This document shows, in pieces, positions 1 to 9,254 of a stretch of DNA of 64,000 nucleotides. Source of the stretch: Candidatus Woesearchaeota archaeon (GTDB taxonomy: Archaea > Nanobdellota > Nanobdellia > Woesearchaeales > 0-14-0-80-44-23); assembly GCA_038874135.1 (NCBI GenBank), contig JAVZCZ010000001.1:704001-768000 (forward strand), in the 5' to 3' direction. Below the pieces are notes generated by a model, which saw nothing but the letters and a program-made list of their open reading frames with translations, did no database searches and was not told the origin of the DNA. The position numbers and the translations under genes were made by a program. How positions within the stretch are numbered: the first letter of the stretch is position 1; every line of letters begins with the position of its first letter.

Positions 1-565
1 ATATGGCGCTTACAACTTTTGCCGGAGCACTTTTTTTTCGGTAAAAATAAGCGCCCCACAAGGTTAGACATAGAGAAGCGAGATTGGCACTCAAACTCAT
101 AGCCTGATACAGAAAGGCAGGACTGCTTGCAAGTATTAGAAGTGCAATTCCTATTGTTTCTGACCTTGCTCCAAACTCTTTCATAAGGAAAAATATTGCT
201 ATGAGGGATAGGACAGAAAGTAATGCTGGAAGCCAAAACACTGCCCTATCTGATTCAGATTTTGCTAGTGCCAGTAGGTAGTAATAACCGCTAAATTGTT
301 TTTCAGAGCTGCTTAAGAGCCAGCGATTTTTTATTATGTCCTCTGCACTTTTTAGGTAGTAATAGGGCGTGCTTCCAGGCAGGAGTCCTTCAAAGTAGAT
401 GGTTCTGTAAGCGTAAAATATTACAAATATGGTTGTAAATAATATAATTGAATAGATTAGGGGAGCAAAATCTTTTAGAGTCTGTTTTGTTCTATCAAAC
501 TGCAGCCTGACAATCTCTTTCTTTTCCTTCTCATCTTTATTGCTGTCTTTTTTTCCGTGTTTCAT
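1..565 (-). CDS. Multi-pass membrane protein, GT-C-like (partial; 3' end runs off the window)
   Basis: Not in ORF track. Hand translation from ATG at 565 gives MKHGKKDSNKDEKEKKE...LLPGSTPYYYLKSAE...VFWLPALLSVLSLIAIFFLMK...LLILASSPAFLY, open to position 1. Hydrophobic pattern resembles the upstream gene. Confidence 0.7.
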   Translation of the reverse strand, partial: MKHGKKDSNKDEKEKKEIVRLQFDRTKQTLKDFAPLIYSIILFTTIFVIFYAYRTIYFEGLLPGSTPYYYLKSAEDIIKNRWLLSSSEKQFSGYYYLLALAKSESDRAVFWLPALLSVLSLIAIFFLMKEFGARSETIGIALLILASSPAFLYQAMSLSANLASLCLTLWGAYFYRKKSAPAKVVSAI

Positions 566-577
566 GTTTTTCAACCA

Positions 578-2128
578 TCAAGCTGAGATTGGAATAGCGC
601 TACACTTTCTAAGGTAGATTTGTACTTCTCCATTATCAAATATCTTTGAGAAGCAGTTGTCCTTCTCATATGGAAGTTCTGAGATGGAGTATTCTTCTCT
701 CTCCACTTTTGAAAGATATATTAAAACGGCATCATACTTTTCCATGAGCTCTATAGCTTCTATGCTGTAAGGTGTCGTATATATTCTTGCTAAGTCTTGA
801 TACCTTTGATTAACATCTTTGATGGTTAGAAAATCTGAGTCCATTATAGTTTTTTTCCCTGCAAAGTATTCTATGTAAAAGCCGTTTTCAGGAGCAGCTG
901 CAACTGCTTTTGAAGTGTTATATGAATTTAGAAATTGTAAAGCTTCAAAGGTCCCACTTTCAATGGAACTCTTAAGATTGCCGAGAGCAGAAGAGTATGA
1001 CGCGCTAATTGTTGTAAAAATCAATATTGCTAGTATGGAATTCATTATTAAGTTTCGCATCTTTGCAATTTTTGTCTTTCCAACATATTCATCTAACTCT
1101 TTGAAGAAATAAGCGAACAGCAGAGCAAACATGAGCCCGAGCATCATTAGGCCTATGCTGAATTCAATGAGTCTTAGCCAAAGCATTCCCAGCGCAGTAA
1201 ATATTATTCCTCCGAAAAGGTAGGTTTCTTCTCTTTTTTCTCTTATTAAATTTTTATACAATATATATGCTCCTCCTAGGAATGCCAACGCATTTATTCT
1301 ATAGATTATGGTTAGCATTCTTACATTGTAAAAATATCTTGAAGAGATTTGTGATGGAACATTTCTCCAAATTATGCTTATTCCATGGGTTAGTAAGGCA
1401 TTCTTGAAAATAACGAATTCCAACCAGAGAAGAAACACAACTGAGAATATGAGAATCTCTTTCTTGCCCATCCCTTCTTTTAGGTTATCTGATTCTGCAA
1501 GCACCATGTACATAAGTAGTCCAACCAATGTTACAAAAACTAGCCCGTCTATCAAGGCGGCACCCACGAGTGCGGCAATGAATCCTATGGCTGCTCCTTT
1601 TGATTTTTCGCTGTTAAGAAATAAATATATCATCAGAAGGTTTATAGGCACGCTTATTGAGTAGGTGCTTAGTTTGTTGAATGTGTTTTCAATAAGTATT
1701 GGGGAAAAAGCAGTTGCGAATGCTGCTATTAACCCCGCTTTTTTGCTTTTGCACACCTCAACAATTATCAGGTATGCTACCAGTGCAGAAAGTGATTCAA
1801 TTGCAGCTAGCAGAATCTTAAAAAAGAGCACTTCTTTTATGAATCTTCCGAAGATTAGGAACAATCCAGCGAGTAGATAGTGCATTCCAGGAACAAAAGA
1901 GAATGTCCTTCCCGAATAGCTCAGCTCATCCCTTATTATAGGGCGCCCACTTTTTTCAATGTTCTCAATCTGTCTAAGGTTAAAGTATGCATCAGAGGAA
2001 CTAAACTGCCCGCTCTTAAGACTTAGCACTGCCCTGAAAGCGAATGCAGAAATTATTATTAAAGCAAGGAACACTTCTTCAAATTTAATCTTGCTTTTAT
2101 TCTCAGATTTGTTCATAAGGAATCTCAC
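578..2128 (-). CDS. Multi-pass membrane protein, GT-C fold (PMT/STT3-like glycosyltransferase)
   Basis: TM1 followed by SDAYFNLR, many TM helices, C-terminal soluble domain (EALQFL..., GFYIEYFAGKK) typical of archaeal GT-C-like proteins. Confidence 0.65.
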   Translation of the reverse strand: MRFLMNKSENKSKIKFEEVFLALIIISAFAFRAVLSLKSGQFSSSDAYFNLRQIENIEKSGRPIIRDELSYSGRTFSFVPGMHYLLAGLFLIFGRFIKEVLFFKILLAAIESLSALVAYLIIVEVCKSKKAGLIAAFATAFSPILIENTFNKLSTYSISVPINLLMIYLFLNSEKSKGAAIGFIAALVGAALIDGLVFVTLVGLLMYMVLAESDNLKEGMGKKEILIFSVVFLLWLEFVIFKNALLTHGISIIWRNVPSQISSRYFYNVRMLTIIYRINALAFLGGAYILYKNLIREKREETYLFGGIIFTALGMLWLRLIEFSIGLMMLGLMFALLFAYFFKELDEYVGKTKIAKMRNLIMNSILAILIFTTISASYSSALGNLKSSIESGTFEALQFLNSYNTSKAVAAAPENGFYIEYFAGKKTIMDSDFLTIKDVNQRYQDLARIYTTPYSIEAIELMEKYDAVLIYLSKVEREEYSISELPYEKDNCFSKIFDNGEVQIYLRKCSAIPISA

Positions 2129-2607
2129 TTCTTTTTGCTCATGTTTAGGATATCGCCAATAGTAAGTTCAGAACCAGTTTTTGTTGTTCCTGTGACATGT
2201 TCAGCCCTCTCTTCACGCTGTTCTACTATGCGTATGTGTAGTATGCGTTCAATCTTTTTGGCAAGCTCAACCGGCGGGACAAACTCTCCTGTTTCTATCT
2301 TATGAAGCATAGACTCTTTTATAGATAGTGTTTTTGCAAACTCTTCCTGCTTTAATCCCATTTTCTCTCTTTTTTCTCTTATAATCCTTCCAGCTCCCGG
2401 GCTTACTACTTCTATAATTTCTACCTTATTCTGGCTAGTGGGCTGCTCAACCTTTTTTATAATGTTCTTCTTTTCAGGCACCCTCTTTGATATGACTTTG
2501 CCAAACTTAGAACACTCAGCACAAACATTCATCTCAGTCCCTTCAATGATTGCCCTGAAGACTGATTCAGTTTCCTTTCCACAGAGTTCGCACATCATGG
2601 GTACCAC
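2125..2607 (-). CDS. mbf1: Archaeal multiprotein bridging factor 1 (Zn-ribbon + HTH)
   Basis: CELCG...VCAEC Zn ribbon, IIREKREKMGLKQEEFA...HKIETG HTH, C-terminal LTIGD motif. Confidence 0.92.
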   Translation of the reverse strand: MVPMMCELCGKETESVFRAIIEGTEMNVCAECSKFGKVISKRVPEKKNIIKKVEQPTSQNKVEIIEVVSPGAGRIIREKREKMGLKQEEFAKTLSIKESMLHKIETGEFVPPVELAKKIERILHIRIVEQREERAEHVTGTTKTGSELTIGDILNMSKKK

Positions 2608-2658
2608 CCTCTATGGTTGTTTTTTCTAATCAAATATTTAATACTTATGGAGAAAAAG

Positions 2659-3270
2659 TTAATTCTTTTTCCTGCTTCGTATATAGAATGTGGCGAGCAT
2701 CACTACAACAGCAACAAGCCCCCCTAACAAGAACCACTGCCACACATTTTGCTGTGGAGCAAATTGCAATTGCTGTGAAGAACTGAGCGAGGTTTGTGGC
2801 TGAACAACCATGCATTTCGGCATACTTTTCTCTTTCCAAAAATGCATTCCAAGCCAGCTGCTTCTTTCCAAGATTGGAAGAGTCCATATTGTAATTGTGC
2901 CTATTACAACTGCTAGTGCTGCAATCAGAATGCTTCTTATGTCTGGAGACACTTTTTCTTCCTTTTTAGGGGTTATTATTATGTATTTGTTAGCTAAGGA
3001 GTAGTGATTTACCTCTTTGCCCTTTGAGCTGTAGTGGAATTCATTAGAAACCACAAGCCCACTTTCAATCAGCTTCTTGAGGTTATAGTGAACTGTAGAT
3101 ATTGGGACATTTAGCGCTTCCGATATTTCAGTTTCAGTAGCAGACTGCCTTTCCGAAAGCAGGCTCATTATTGCTTTGGCAGTCTCACTGGATAAAGCAT
3201 CTGCGATCTGCTTAAGCTTTTTCTCTTCAAGAGATACCAGCACAAAGGGCTCTCCCTTTTTCTCGCTCAT
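2659..3270 (-). CDS. ArsR-like wHTH regulator with C-terminal transmembrane helices
   Basis: ALSSETAKAIM...ATETEISEALNVPISTVHYNLKKLIESGLV...YSSKGKEV wHTH followed by two hydrophobic segments. Confidence 0.82.
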   Translation of the reverse strand: MSEKKGEPFVLVSLEEKKLKQIADALSSETAKAIMSLLSERQSATETEISEALNVPISTVHYNLKKLIESGLVVSNEFHYSSKGKEVNHYSLANKYIIITPKKEEKVSPDIRSILIAALAVVIGTITIWTLPILERSSWLGMHFWKEKSMPKCMVVQPQTSLSSSQQLQFAPQQNVWQWFLLGGLVAVVVMLATFYIRSRKKN

Positions 3271-3303
3271 GCGCTTTTAGAATTTTTTTTTTGACTATTT
3301 AAA

Positions 3304-3325
3304 ATGTTTGAAAGTTTCCAAACAT
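3304..3325. promoter_or_regulatory. Candidate operator palindrome ATGTTTG-N8-CAAACAT in divergent promoter
   Basis: Perfect 7-bp arms, abutting the minus-strand TATA box (about 3296-3304) of the regulator gene. Confidence 0.4.
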
Positions 3326-3397
3326 GTTGAAGTTAAAATAATCATTTAAAAGTAGTTGCATAACCTTTTATTTTTGTCAGATTTTTAAGAAGGTAGG

Positions 3398-4390
3398 ATG
3401 GATAAGCACGGCGAACGCCAAGAAGCAGAGCCAGTTTTAAAAGTTCAAGACATCTGCGTCCGCTTTGGCCAGAAGGAGATTCTTAAAAAAATAAGGTTGG
3501 ACATTCTTGAGGGAGAAGTTTTTGGGATAATCGGTATGAGTGGCTCTGGAAAGACTACGCTGCTCTCAACAATTATAGGTGCAATACAGCCAAACTCTGG
3601 AGATGTGCTCTTCCGTTCTAACAGGGTGCTTCAGGGTTTAAAATATCAGAGCGTCTTTCAAAACCAGTTTGCAGTGCGAAACCTTATGGGCTTCTCAACT
3701 CAGAGGCCATCCTTTTATCCCGAGCTGACTGTGCAGCAAAACATGGACTACTTCGCAGCATTATACGACCTCCCGCCCGACCTGGCTGAGGAAAACATAA
3801 AACGGGCTCTCAAGCTTGTAGGCCTTCACGGATTTGAGAATCTAGAGGCAAGATTCCTGTCTGGCGGAATGCAGAAAAAGCTGGATATAGCCTGCGCCAT
3901 AATTCACAACCCTTCAATCCTGATACTTGACGAACCAACTGCTGATTTAGACCCTGTTACGAGAGCTGAGCTTCTCCGGCTGTTCAAGAGGATAAACTCT
4001 GAAGGAAAGACCATAATTATTGCTTCCCATTTTCTTTCAGAACTGGAATACTTCTGCAACAGGATTGCCATACTTAATAATGGGGTAATAGCAGACATTG
4101 GAAGTGTTGAACAGCTTTCTAAGCGCATCTCCGCCAACAAGGAGATACACCTGCAAACTGCAAAGGGAAACTATTCTATAATAATTGAAAAGCTGAAGAA
4201 GGTAAGAGTTGTTGAGATAAGTCAGATAGTTGATAAGGGGCACAAGCTTATAATCTATACACCCTCTGCAGAGCATCTCTTACAACACATACTCCAAGCA
4301 GTCAGAGAATCTGAGGACAGCATACTAAACATAAATGTAACAAGGCCTTCCTTGAATGATGTTTTTAAACAAGTGGTAAAGAAGAGGTAG
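3398..4390 (+). CDS. ABC transporter ATP-binding protein (ABC-2/multidrug type)
   Basis: Walker A GMSGSGKT, signature LSGGM, Walker B LILDEPT, H-loop ASH. Confidence 0.95.
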   Translation: MDKHGERQEAEPVLKVQDICVRFGQKEILKKIRLDILEGEVFGIIGMSGSGKTTLLSTIIGAIQPNSGDVLFRSNRVLQGLKYQSVFQNQFAVRNLMGFSTQRPSFYPELTVQQNMDYFAALYDLPPDLAEENIKRALKLVGLHGFENLEARFLSGGMQKKLDIACAIIHNPSILILDEPTADLDPVTRAELLRLFKRINSEGKTIIIASHFLSELEYFCNRIAILNNGVIADIGSVEQLSKRISANKEIHLQTAKGNYSIIIEKLKKVRVVEISQIVDKGHKLIIYTPSAEHLLQHILQAVRESEDSILNINVTRPSLNDVFKQVVKKR

Positions 4391-4398
4391 TGTGAAGT

Positions 4399-6420
4399 AT
4401 GAGAAAGCTTTTTAAGATAATCCAGAAGAATATTAGGCTCCTTCTGAAGTCAAAAAGCTCTGCCATGATAGTAGTGCTCGGTCCTCTTCTGATAATATTC
4501 CTTGCAGGAATAGCTTTTAACAACTCAAACACTTATAGAATAAATGTTGGAATGTACTCTTCCAACTATACCTCTGATGTTATATCTTTCACTTCAGCAC
4601 TTTCAGACGCTCAATTCAGAACTTTAAAGTTTGAATCGGAACAGAAATGCATAGATGCCATAAGGCAGGGCATAATTCACACCTGCATAGTATTCCCGCA
4701 GGATTTTAAGATAAGCAGCAATGCCAGCACCGAACTCATATTCTATGTGGATTATTCTAAGGTGAATCTGGTTTGGATGGTTAGGGACACCCTGCTTTCT
4801 AAGATTTCAGAGCAGTCCACAGAGCTTAGTCAGTCCATGGTTTCTTCCATGCTCGGACGTGTCCAAACAGCGCTGAATGAGTTAAACAGCAGAAAGACAA
4901 TCCTTACAGACCTCTCTACTAAGACGGGGCAGACTCAGCAGCAGCTCATTGCAGTCAACGCCAGCTTAAACAAGCTGGACCTAAGCCTTGACACTAAGAG
5001 CTTCAACCTTGCATATGTTAGGGCTAGAATGGAAGAGCTCAACTCTCAGGGGCTTTCAGCAATAAGCACTGCTCTAGATGCGCTTTCTAAGATAAACTCA
5101 TCAACAGATAATGAAACCATAAAAGACATAGCCAGCTCAGCTTATTCTTCAATTTATTCAATGAAGAACTCGTTTGCAGAATCTAATAGTACTGAGATAT
5201 CTACGCTTATGGCATCTGTAGAGGCGAAGCTGAATGAAACCAAACAGAAGCTAGATGCTGCACTTGCCACTAGACAAAATGTTTCAAAACAGCTTACCTT
5301 ATCAAAAGAGCTGCTGGAGTCAAGCCTTAAGCAAGTAGCACTACTGCAGAGCTCCTTTAACTCAATTTCAGACAACCTACGATATGTACTAGGGCAGAAT
5401 CCTGAAGCAGTTTCAAGCCCGATAATCACTACCGTAAAGCCAGTTACAATTAAATCTTATCTCGGCTATATGTTTCCAATACTCTTAGCAATGCTTACTA
5501 TGTTTATAAGCATAATATTTGCTACAACTATAGTCATAACTGATAAGCGCTCCAATGCCGACTTCAGAAACAGGATAAGTCCAACAAGTGAGGAGCTGTT
5601 TACAACTTCTGCATACCTTACCACAATATTTCTTACAACAATCCAGCTCGCAATCGTGCTTATAATCTCGCTTATATTCTTCAAGGCGCAGATTCTCAGA
5701 ATGCTGCCCTCTCTTTTTATCCTTTTCCTTGAAATAGCTTCAATGTTTATTCTAATGGGAATCCTAATAGGAATGCTATTCAATTCAGAGGAAACAGCCA
5801 CGCTAGGAGCAATCTCGGTTGCAAGCATATTCCTGCTGCTTTCCAGCGTAGTTTTGCCTCTTGAGAGCATGCCTTCATATGTTATGAGAATAGCATCTTA
5901 CAATCCTTTCATACTCTCAGAAACCCTGCTGAGGCGTCTGATAATATTTGAAACCCCAATTAGTACCATAGGCGGGGAAGCGCTGATAATCCTAGCTTAT
6001 ATAGCCTTCTTAGTACTAATTATAGAACTTGTAACAATTCTTAGAAGGAGGAGGGTCCTAAAAGAGCCTCAAAAGCCGCATAATCTGAAAATAGAGCCAA
6101 ACGCCAGTGAAGATGATTCTGCAAGTTCTAACCCAGAGCTAAACAGCTCTGTGCTCAGCGCAACAACCCTCTCAGACATGATACGCCTCTTAGAAAGAAT
6201 GGACTCAGCAGAATTTGCCAGGCATAACAGCAAGGAGTTTGCAGACTGGGCCCGCTTGAATCTTCATGACGAGGAGCTTGCAAATAGGCTGAGCGGGCTT
6301 AGGACTAAGCAAGAGCTTCTTTCTGAGTTCAGAGCCGCATATGAACGCCATATTCAAAGGATAAGGGAGCTTAAAAGCAGGATAGAGGAGAAGAGAAAGC
6401 TTATGGGAAGCAGGCGCTGA
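4399..6420 (+). CDS. ABC-2 family permease with large extracellular coiled-coil and C-terminal DUF5752-like helical domain
   Basis: N-terminal TM, long heptad region, several C-terminal TMs (LLSSVVLPLESMP...YNPF), tail TLSDMIRLLERM...EFADWARLNLHDEELANRL. Confidence 0.8.
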   Translation: MRKLFKIIQKNIRLLLKSKSSAMIVVLGPLLIIFLAGIAFNNSNTYRINVGMYSSNYTSDVISFTSALSDAQFRTLKFESEQKCIDAIRQGIIHTCIVFPQDFKISSNASTELIFYVDYSKVNLVWMVRDTLLSKISEQSTELSQSMVSSMLGRVQTALNELNSRKTILTDLSTKTGQTQQQLIAVNASLNKLDLSLDTKSFNLAYVRARMEELNSQGLSAISTALDALSKINSSTDNETIKDIASSAYSSIYSMKNSFAESNSTEISTLMASVEAKLNETKQKLDAALATRQNVSKQLTLSKELLESSLKQVALLQSSFNSISDNLRYVLGQNPEAVSSPIITTVKPVTIKSYLGYMFPILLAMLTMFISIIFATTIVITDKRSNADFRNRISPTSEELFTTSAYLTTIFLTTIQLAIVLIISLIFFKAQILRMLPSLFILFLEIASMFILMGILIGMLFNSEETATLGAISVASIFLLLSSVVLPLESMPSYVMRIASYNPFILSETLLRRLIIFETPISTIGGEALIILAYIAFLVLIIELVTILRRRRVLKEPQKPHNLKIEPNASEDDSASSNPELNSSVLSATTLSDMIRLLERMDSAEFARHNSKEFADWARLNLHDEELANRLSGLRTKQELLSEFRAAYERHIQRIRELKSRIEEKRKLMGSRR

Positions 6421-6620
6421 AACTTTATATAGTTTCTTTCTTATATTGTTGTCCTATTTCCTATATCATATATAATTTCTCCATTTTCCTTATATAATCT
6501 GATCAATTGCAATAAAAACCGCTTAATCTCACTTTTTACACACACAAACAGCATAGTGCCCAAAAACAACATTTTTTTAACTCTTATATTTAAATACTTC
6601 TTCTTTTTACTCTGGCTTTT

Positions 6621-7202
6621 ATGAAAGAAAATATGCACCTGCCCATTATCCTTATTTCAGGCACGCCCGGAACAGGAAAAAGCACTCTTGCAAAATACCT
6701 ATCTGAAAAACTCACTTTTTACTCTATAAACTGCACACAGCTGGTAAAAGAAAAGAGGATTGCAAGCTATTTTGATAAAAGGCGAGAATGCTATGTCGTA
6801 GATGTCAAAAAACTAAATTCCACTCTAAAAAGTGAGATTTTGCGGCTTAAAAAGCTCACTAGCTCAAAAAAACTTAATCTAAAAGGCATAATCATAGATT
6901 CACATCTCTCCCACTTCTTCCCCGAAAAGGAAACAAGCTTGTGCATTATTTGTAAGTGTCCCCTCCCAATCTTAAGAAAGAGGCTTGAATCTAGAGGCTA
7001 CTCAAAAGATAAGGTCAGAGAAAATCTTGACGCAGAAATATTTGAGGTGTGTTTGCAGGAAGCAATAGAAAATGGCCACACCATAATTGAAGTGGATACT
7101 TCTAAGCCAGATTGCCTCGTTTCAACTCTTAAAAAGGTAAAAACTCTTCTGAACACACCCGATGACTTGTCCCGGACATGTCCCGAAATGTCCCAAAATT
7201 AG
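6621..7202 (+). CDS. Adenylate kinase 6 / Fap7-like nucleotide kinase
   Basis: ILISGTPGTGKST P-loop, IIDSHLSH, LRKRLESRGYSKDKVRENLDAEI. Confidence 0.9.
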   Translation: MKENMHLPIILISGTPGTGKSTLAKYLSEKLTFYSINCTQLVKEKRIASYFDKRRECYVVDVKKLNSTLKSEILRLKKLTSSKKLNLKGIIIDSHLSHFFPEKETSLCIICKCPLPILRKRLESRGYSKDKVRENLDAEIFEVCLQEAIENGHTIIEVDTSKPDCLVSTLKKVKTLLNTPDDLSRTCPEMSQN

Positions 7203-7218
7203 GACATGTCCCGGACAA
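7167..7218. repeat. TGTCCC(GGACA) repeat cluster 1, forming a 17-bp imperfect inverted repeat
   Basis: TGTCCC at 7168, 7179, 7189 and 7207; full TGTCCCGGACA at 7168-7178 and 7207-7217. Confidence 0.85.
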
Positions 7219-7265
7219 ATTAGGGATATCTACCTTAACTATCTTTGATAAAGATTTTTTAACTA

Positions 7266-8000
7266 TCACCTTCCGGAGATCAGTAGTTTGGTCTTTGCCG
7301 CAAGATAAAATCCTTTTTCCCTATTGCCTATTTGTCGGTCTAATATTTCAATTCCTTTTTTTCTGAGCTCACAGATGATGTTTCGAATGCTTTTTTCACT
7401 TCTTCCGACGAGTTTTGCTATTTCAGAATAGCTTATTGGTTTTTCAGTATAATGTAAAACTTTCAAAACTTCTAATTCGCCTGCTGTGAACCTGAATGTT
7501 TTTAAAGAATCTTCTGAGGCTAAAGGCATTTCAACACTTCTTTCTTTTAATTCCTTCCTAACTTTTTCTATTTTTTGAAAATTTTTTTCATTCTGTAAAG
7601 TGTCCCGGACATGTCCCGGACATGTCCCATTATCTGTCCCTGATTTTTCTGCCTCCTCGCGAACTTCTTTTAACTCTCTTTCTAATTCCTGAACCTTCCT
7701 TGAGAGTTCTGTTAGAATCTCGGCATTTTTTTCTAAGGTGCTAATCAGTTTTTCCTGCTCATTTTTTAATTCACTAATTTCTAGGCTTCTGGAATTGAGC
7801 TCTCTCCTGAAAAGTGAATGTTCTTCTTTGTTATTCAGGTGTTCCTGTGCAAAATACCTTATCCAAAGCCCAACCTTTTCTATATCCCCCCTAAGCCTTG
7901 AAAAGGAGAGCGAAATGCTTGATTCTATTGATTCTAAACTTCTACTCTTTTTCTCAGAATCCTCACTTTTTCCAATAAAAAACCTGGAAAGCCACCCCAT
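7266..8000 (-). CDS. Coiled-coil protein with C-terminal winged HTH DNA-binding domain
   Basis: Likely start MGWLSRFF at 8000 (TATA about 25 bp upstream at 8023-8032); heptad region; C-terminal FTAGELEVLKVL...ISYSEIAKLVGRSEKSIRNIICELRKKG. Confidence 0.8.
   Translation of the reverse strand: MGWLSRFFIGKSEDSEKKSRSLESIESSISLSFSRLRGDIEKVGLWIRYFAQEHLNNKEEHSLFRRELNSRSLEISELKNEQEKLISTLEKNAEILTELSRKVQELERELKEVREEAEKSGTDNGTCPGHVRDTLQNEKNFQKIEKVRKELKERSVEMPLASEDSLKTFRFTAGELEVLKVLHYTEKPISYSEIAKLVGRSEKSIRNIICELRKKGIEILDRQIGNREKGFYLAAKTKLLISGR
7601..7640. repeat. TGTCCC(GGACA) repeat cluster 2, tandem 11-mer inside the wHTH gene
   Basis: TGTCCCGGACA at 7601-7611 and 7612-7622; TGTCCC at 7623 and 7635; AT-rich tract 7561-7599 adjacent. 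Confidence 0.85.
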
Positions 8001-8123
8001 CTTGAAACTTTTAGTGCACTGGTTATATAAAAAGTTTGTTCTTGAAAAGTGAGTTTTAAGTTTATTAAGCAAGGCTTTACTGCTCAGAAAACCTTTTTAT
8101 ATTGCACCTACTTCAGATTAAAC

Positions 8124-9254
8124 ATGAATTTTCAGGCTATTCCAGAGTTGAAAGAGAAGAAGCTGGTCTCTTTTGAGATCTACTTCCTTTTAAAAGAACT
8201 CAAACTTTTAGAAGGTGCGCGGCTTCAACGCGTATACCAACCTTCTGAGAAGGACTTCCTGCTTGATTTTCATATTCCCTCTACAGGCAGGCGCTATCTC
8301 AGGATAATCCTGCCTAATTTGGCATTTCTAAGCCAAAATAAGCCGCAAATGCCCGCTAACATTATGCGGATGTGCGCCCTTCTGAGAAAACACTTAGAAG
8401 GGGCATTTCTCACAAAAATAGCGCAGGTTGGCATGGAAAGAATAGTCCAACTGGATTTCAGAGTGAAAAGTGAGTCTTATTCTCTATTCTTAGAACTTTT
8501 CAGCAGGGGAAATCTCATACTTTGCGATTCCAAGCTTAACATCTTAGGAGTTGTAGAAGAGCAGGAGTGGAGCTCAAGGAGAATTGCTCCAGGCCTAAAA
8601 TATGAGCTTCCACCCAAGAGTATAAACCCGCTTGAATTGTCAACAGAATCATTTAAGAGCCTTGCCTCATCTTTAGACAAGAGCGTAGTGCAGTTTATAG
8701 CCACGCAGCTTTCTATGGGAGGAGTATACGCTGAAGAAATCTGTCTGAGAAGCGGGATAGACAAAAATTTCAAAGCAGCAGCTCTCTCTGAAGATGAAAT
8801 TGAGAATATTTTGACCGCAATAAAAAACTTATTCGCAGAAAAACCAAGCCCAAGCATAATTTTTTATTCTGAAAAAATAGTGGATGTAACTCCCATACAG
8901 CTTAGACGCTACTCAGAACTTAGAACTCAAACTTTTGAGACATTCAGTTCTGCCATAGAAAACGCAGTGTCTGCTCTCTCAAATGCAGAAAGTCCAAAAA
9001 TTCAACATCTAAATAGAATAGTTGAAGAGCAGCAGAAGGCATTTGCTGATTTAACTAAAAAGGCTGAGCTGGCTGAAAAGAAGGCAGCAGCAATCTACTC
9101 CCATTATAATGAGATACAGAAAGTTCTAAACTTCCTTAGGGAAGAGCTGCATAGGAGCTCAATCTCAGAAGCGTTTGATAAATTGCAAAGTTTTAAAAAT
9201 ATAAAATCAGTAAACAAGAAGGAACGTAAGATCACATTTGAGTTTGAAGAATAG
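8124..9254 (+). CDS. Rqc2/NFACT (FbpA-like) N-terminal portion, ribosome quality-control family
   Basis: LEGARLQRVYQP, LLRKHLEGAFLTKIAQVGMERIV, LELFSRGNLIL, MGGVYAEEICLRSGID (HhH); start at ATG 8124 downstream of a TATA box. Confidence 0.85.
   Translation: MNFQAIPELKEKKLVSFEIYFLLKELKLLEGARLQRVYQPSEKDFLLDFHIPSTGRRYLRIILPNLAFLSQNKPQMPANIMRMCALLRKHLEGAFLTKIAQVGMERIVQLDFRVKSESYSLFLELFSRGNLILCDSKLNILGVVEEQEWSSRRIAPGLKYELPPKSINPLELSTESFKSLASSLDKSVVQFIATQLSMGGVYAEEICLRSGIDKNFKAAALSEDEIENILTAIKNLFAEKPSPSIIFYSEKIVDVTPIQLRRYSELRTQTFETFSSAIENAVSALSNAESPKIQHLNRIVEEQQKAFADLTKKAELAEKKAAAIYSHYNEIQKVLNFLREELHRSSISEAFDKLQSFKNIKSVNKKERKITFEFEE

Noticed and set aside
6441-6638. 65-aa minus-strand ORF, or an origin, in the AT-rich intergenic region
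   Set aside because: No recognisable protein features and no ORB-like motif seen
7167-7640. CRISPR array or simple terminator hairpin
   Set aside because: No repeat-spacer structure; the motif recurs inside a CDS, which a terminator role alone would not explain
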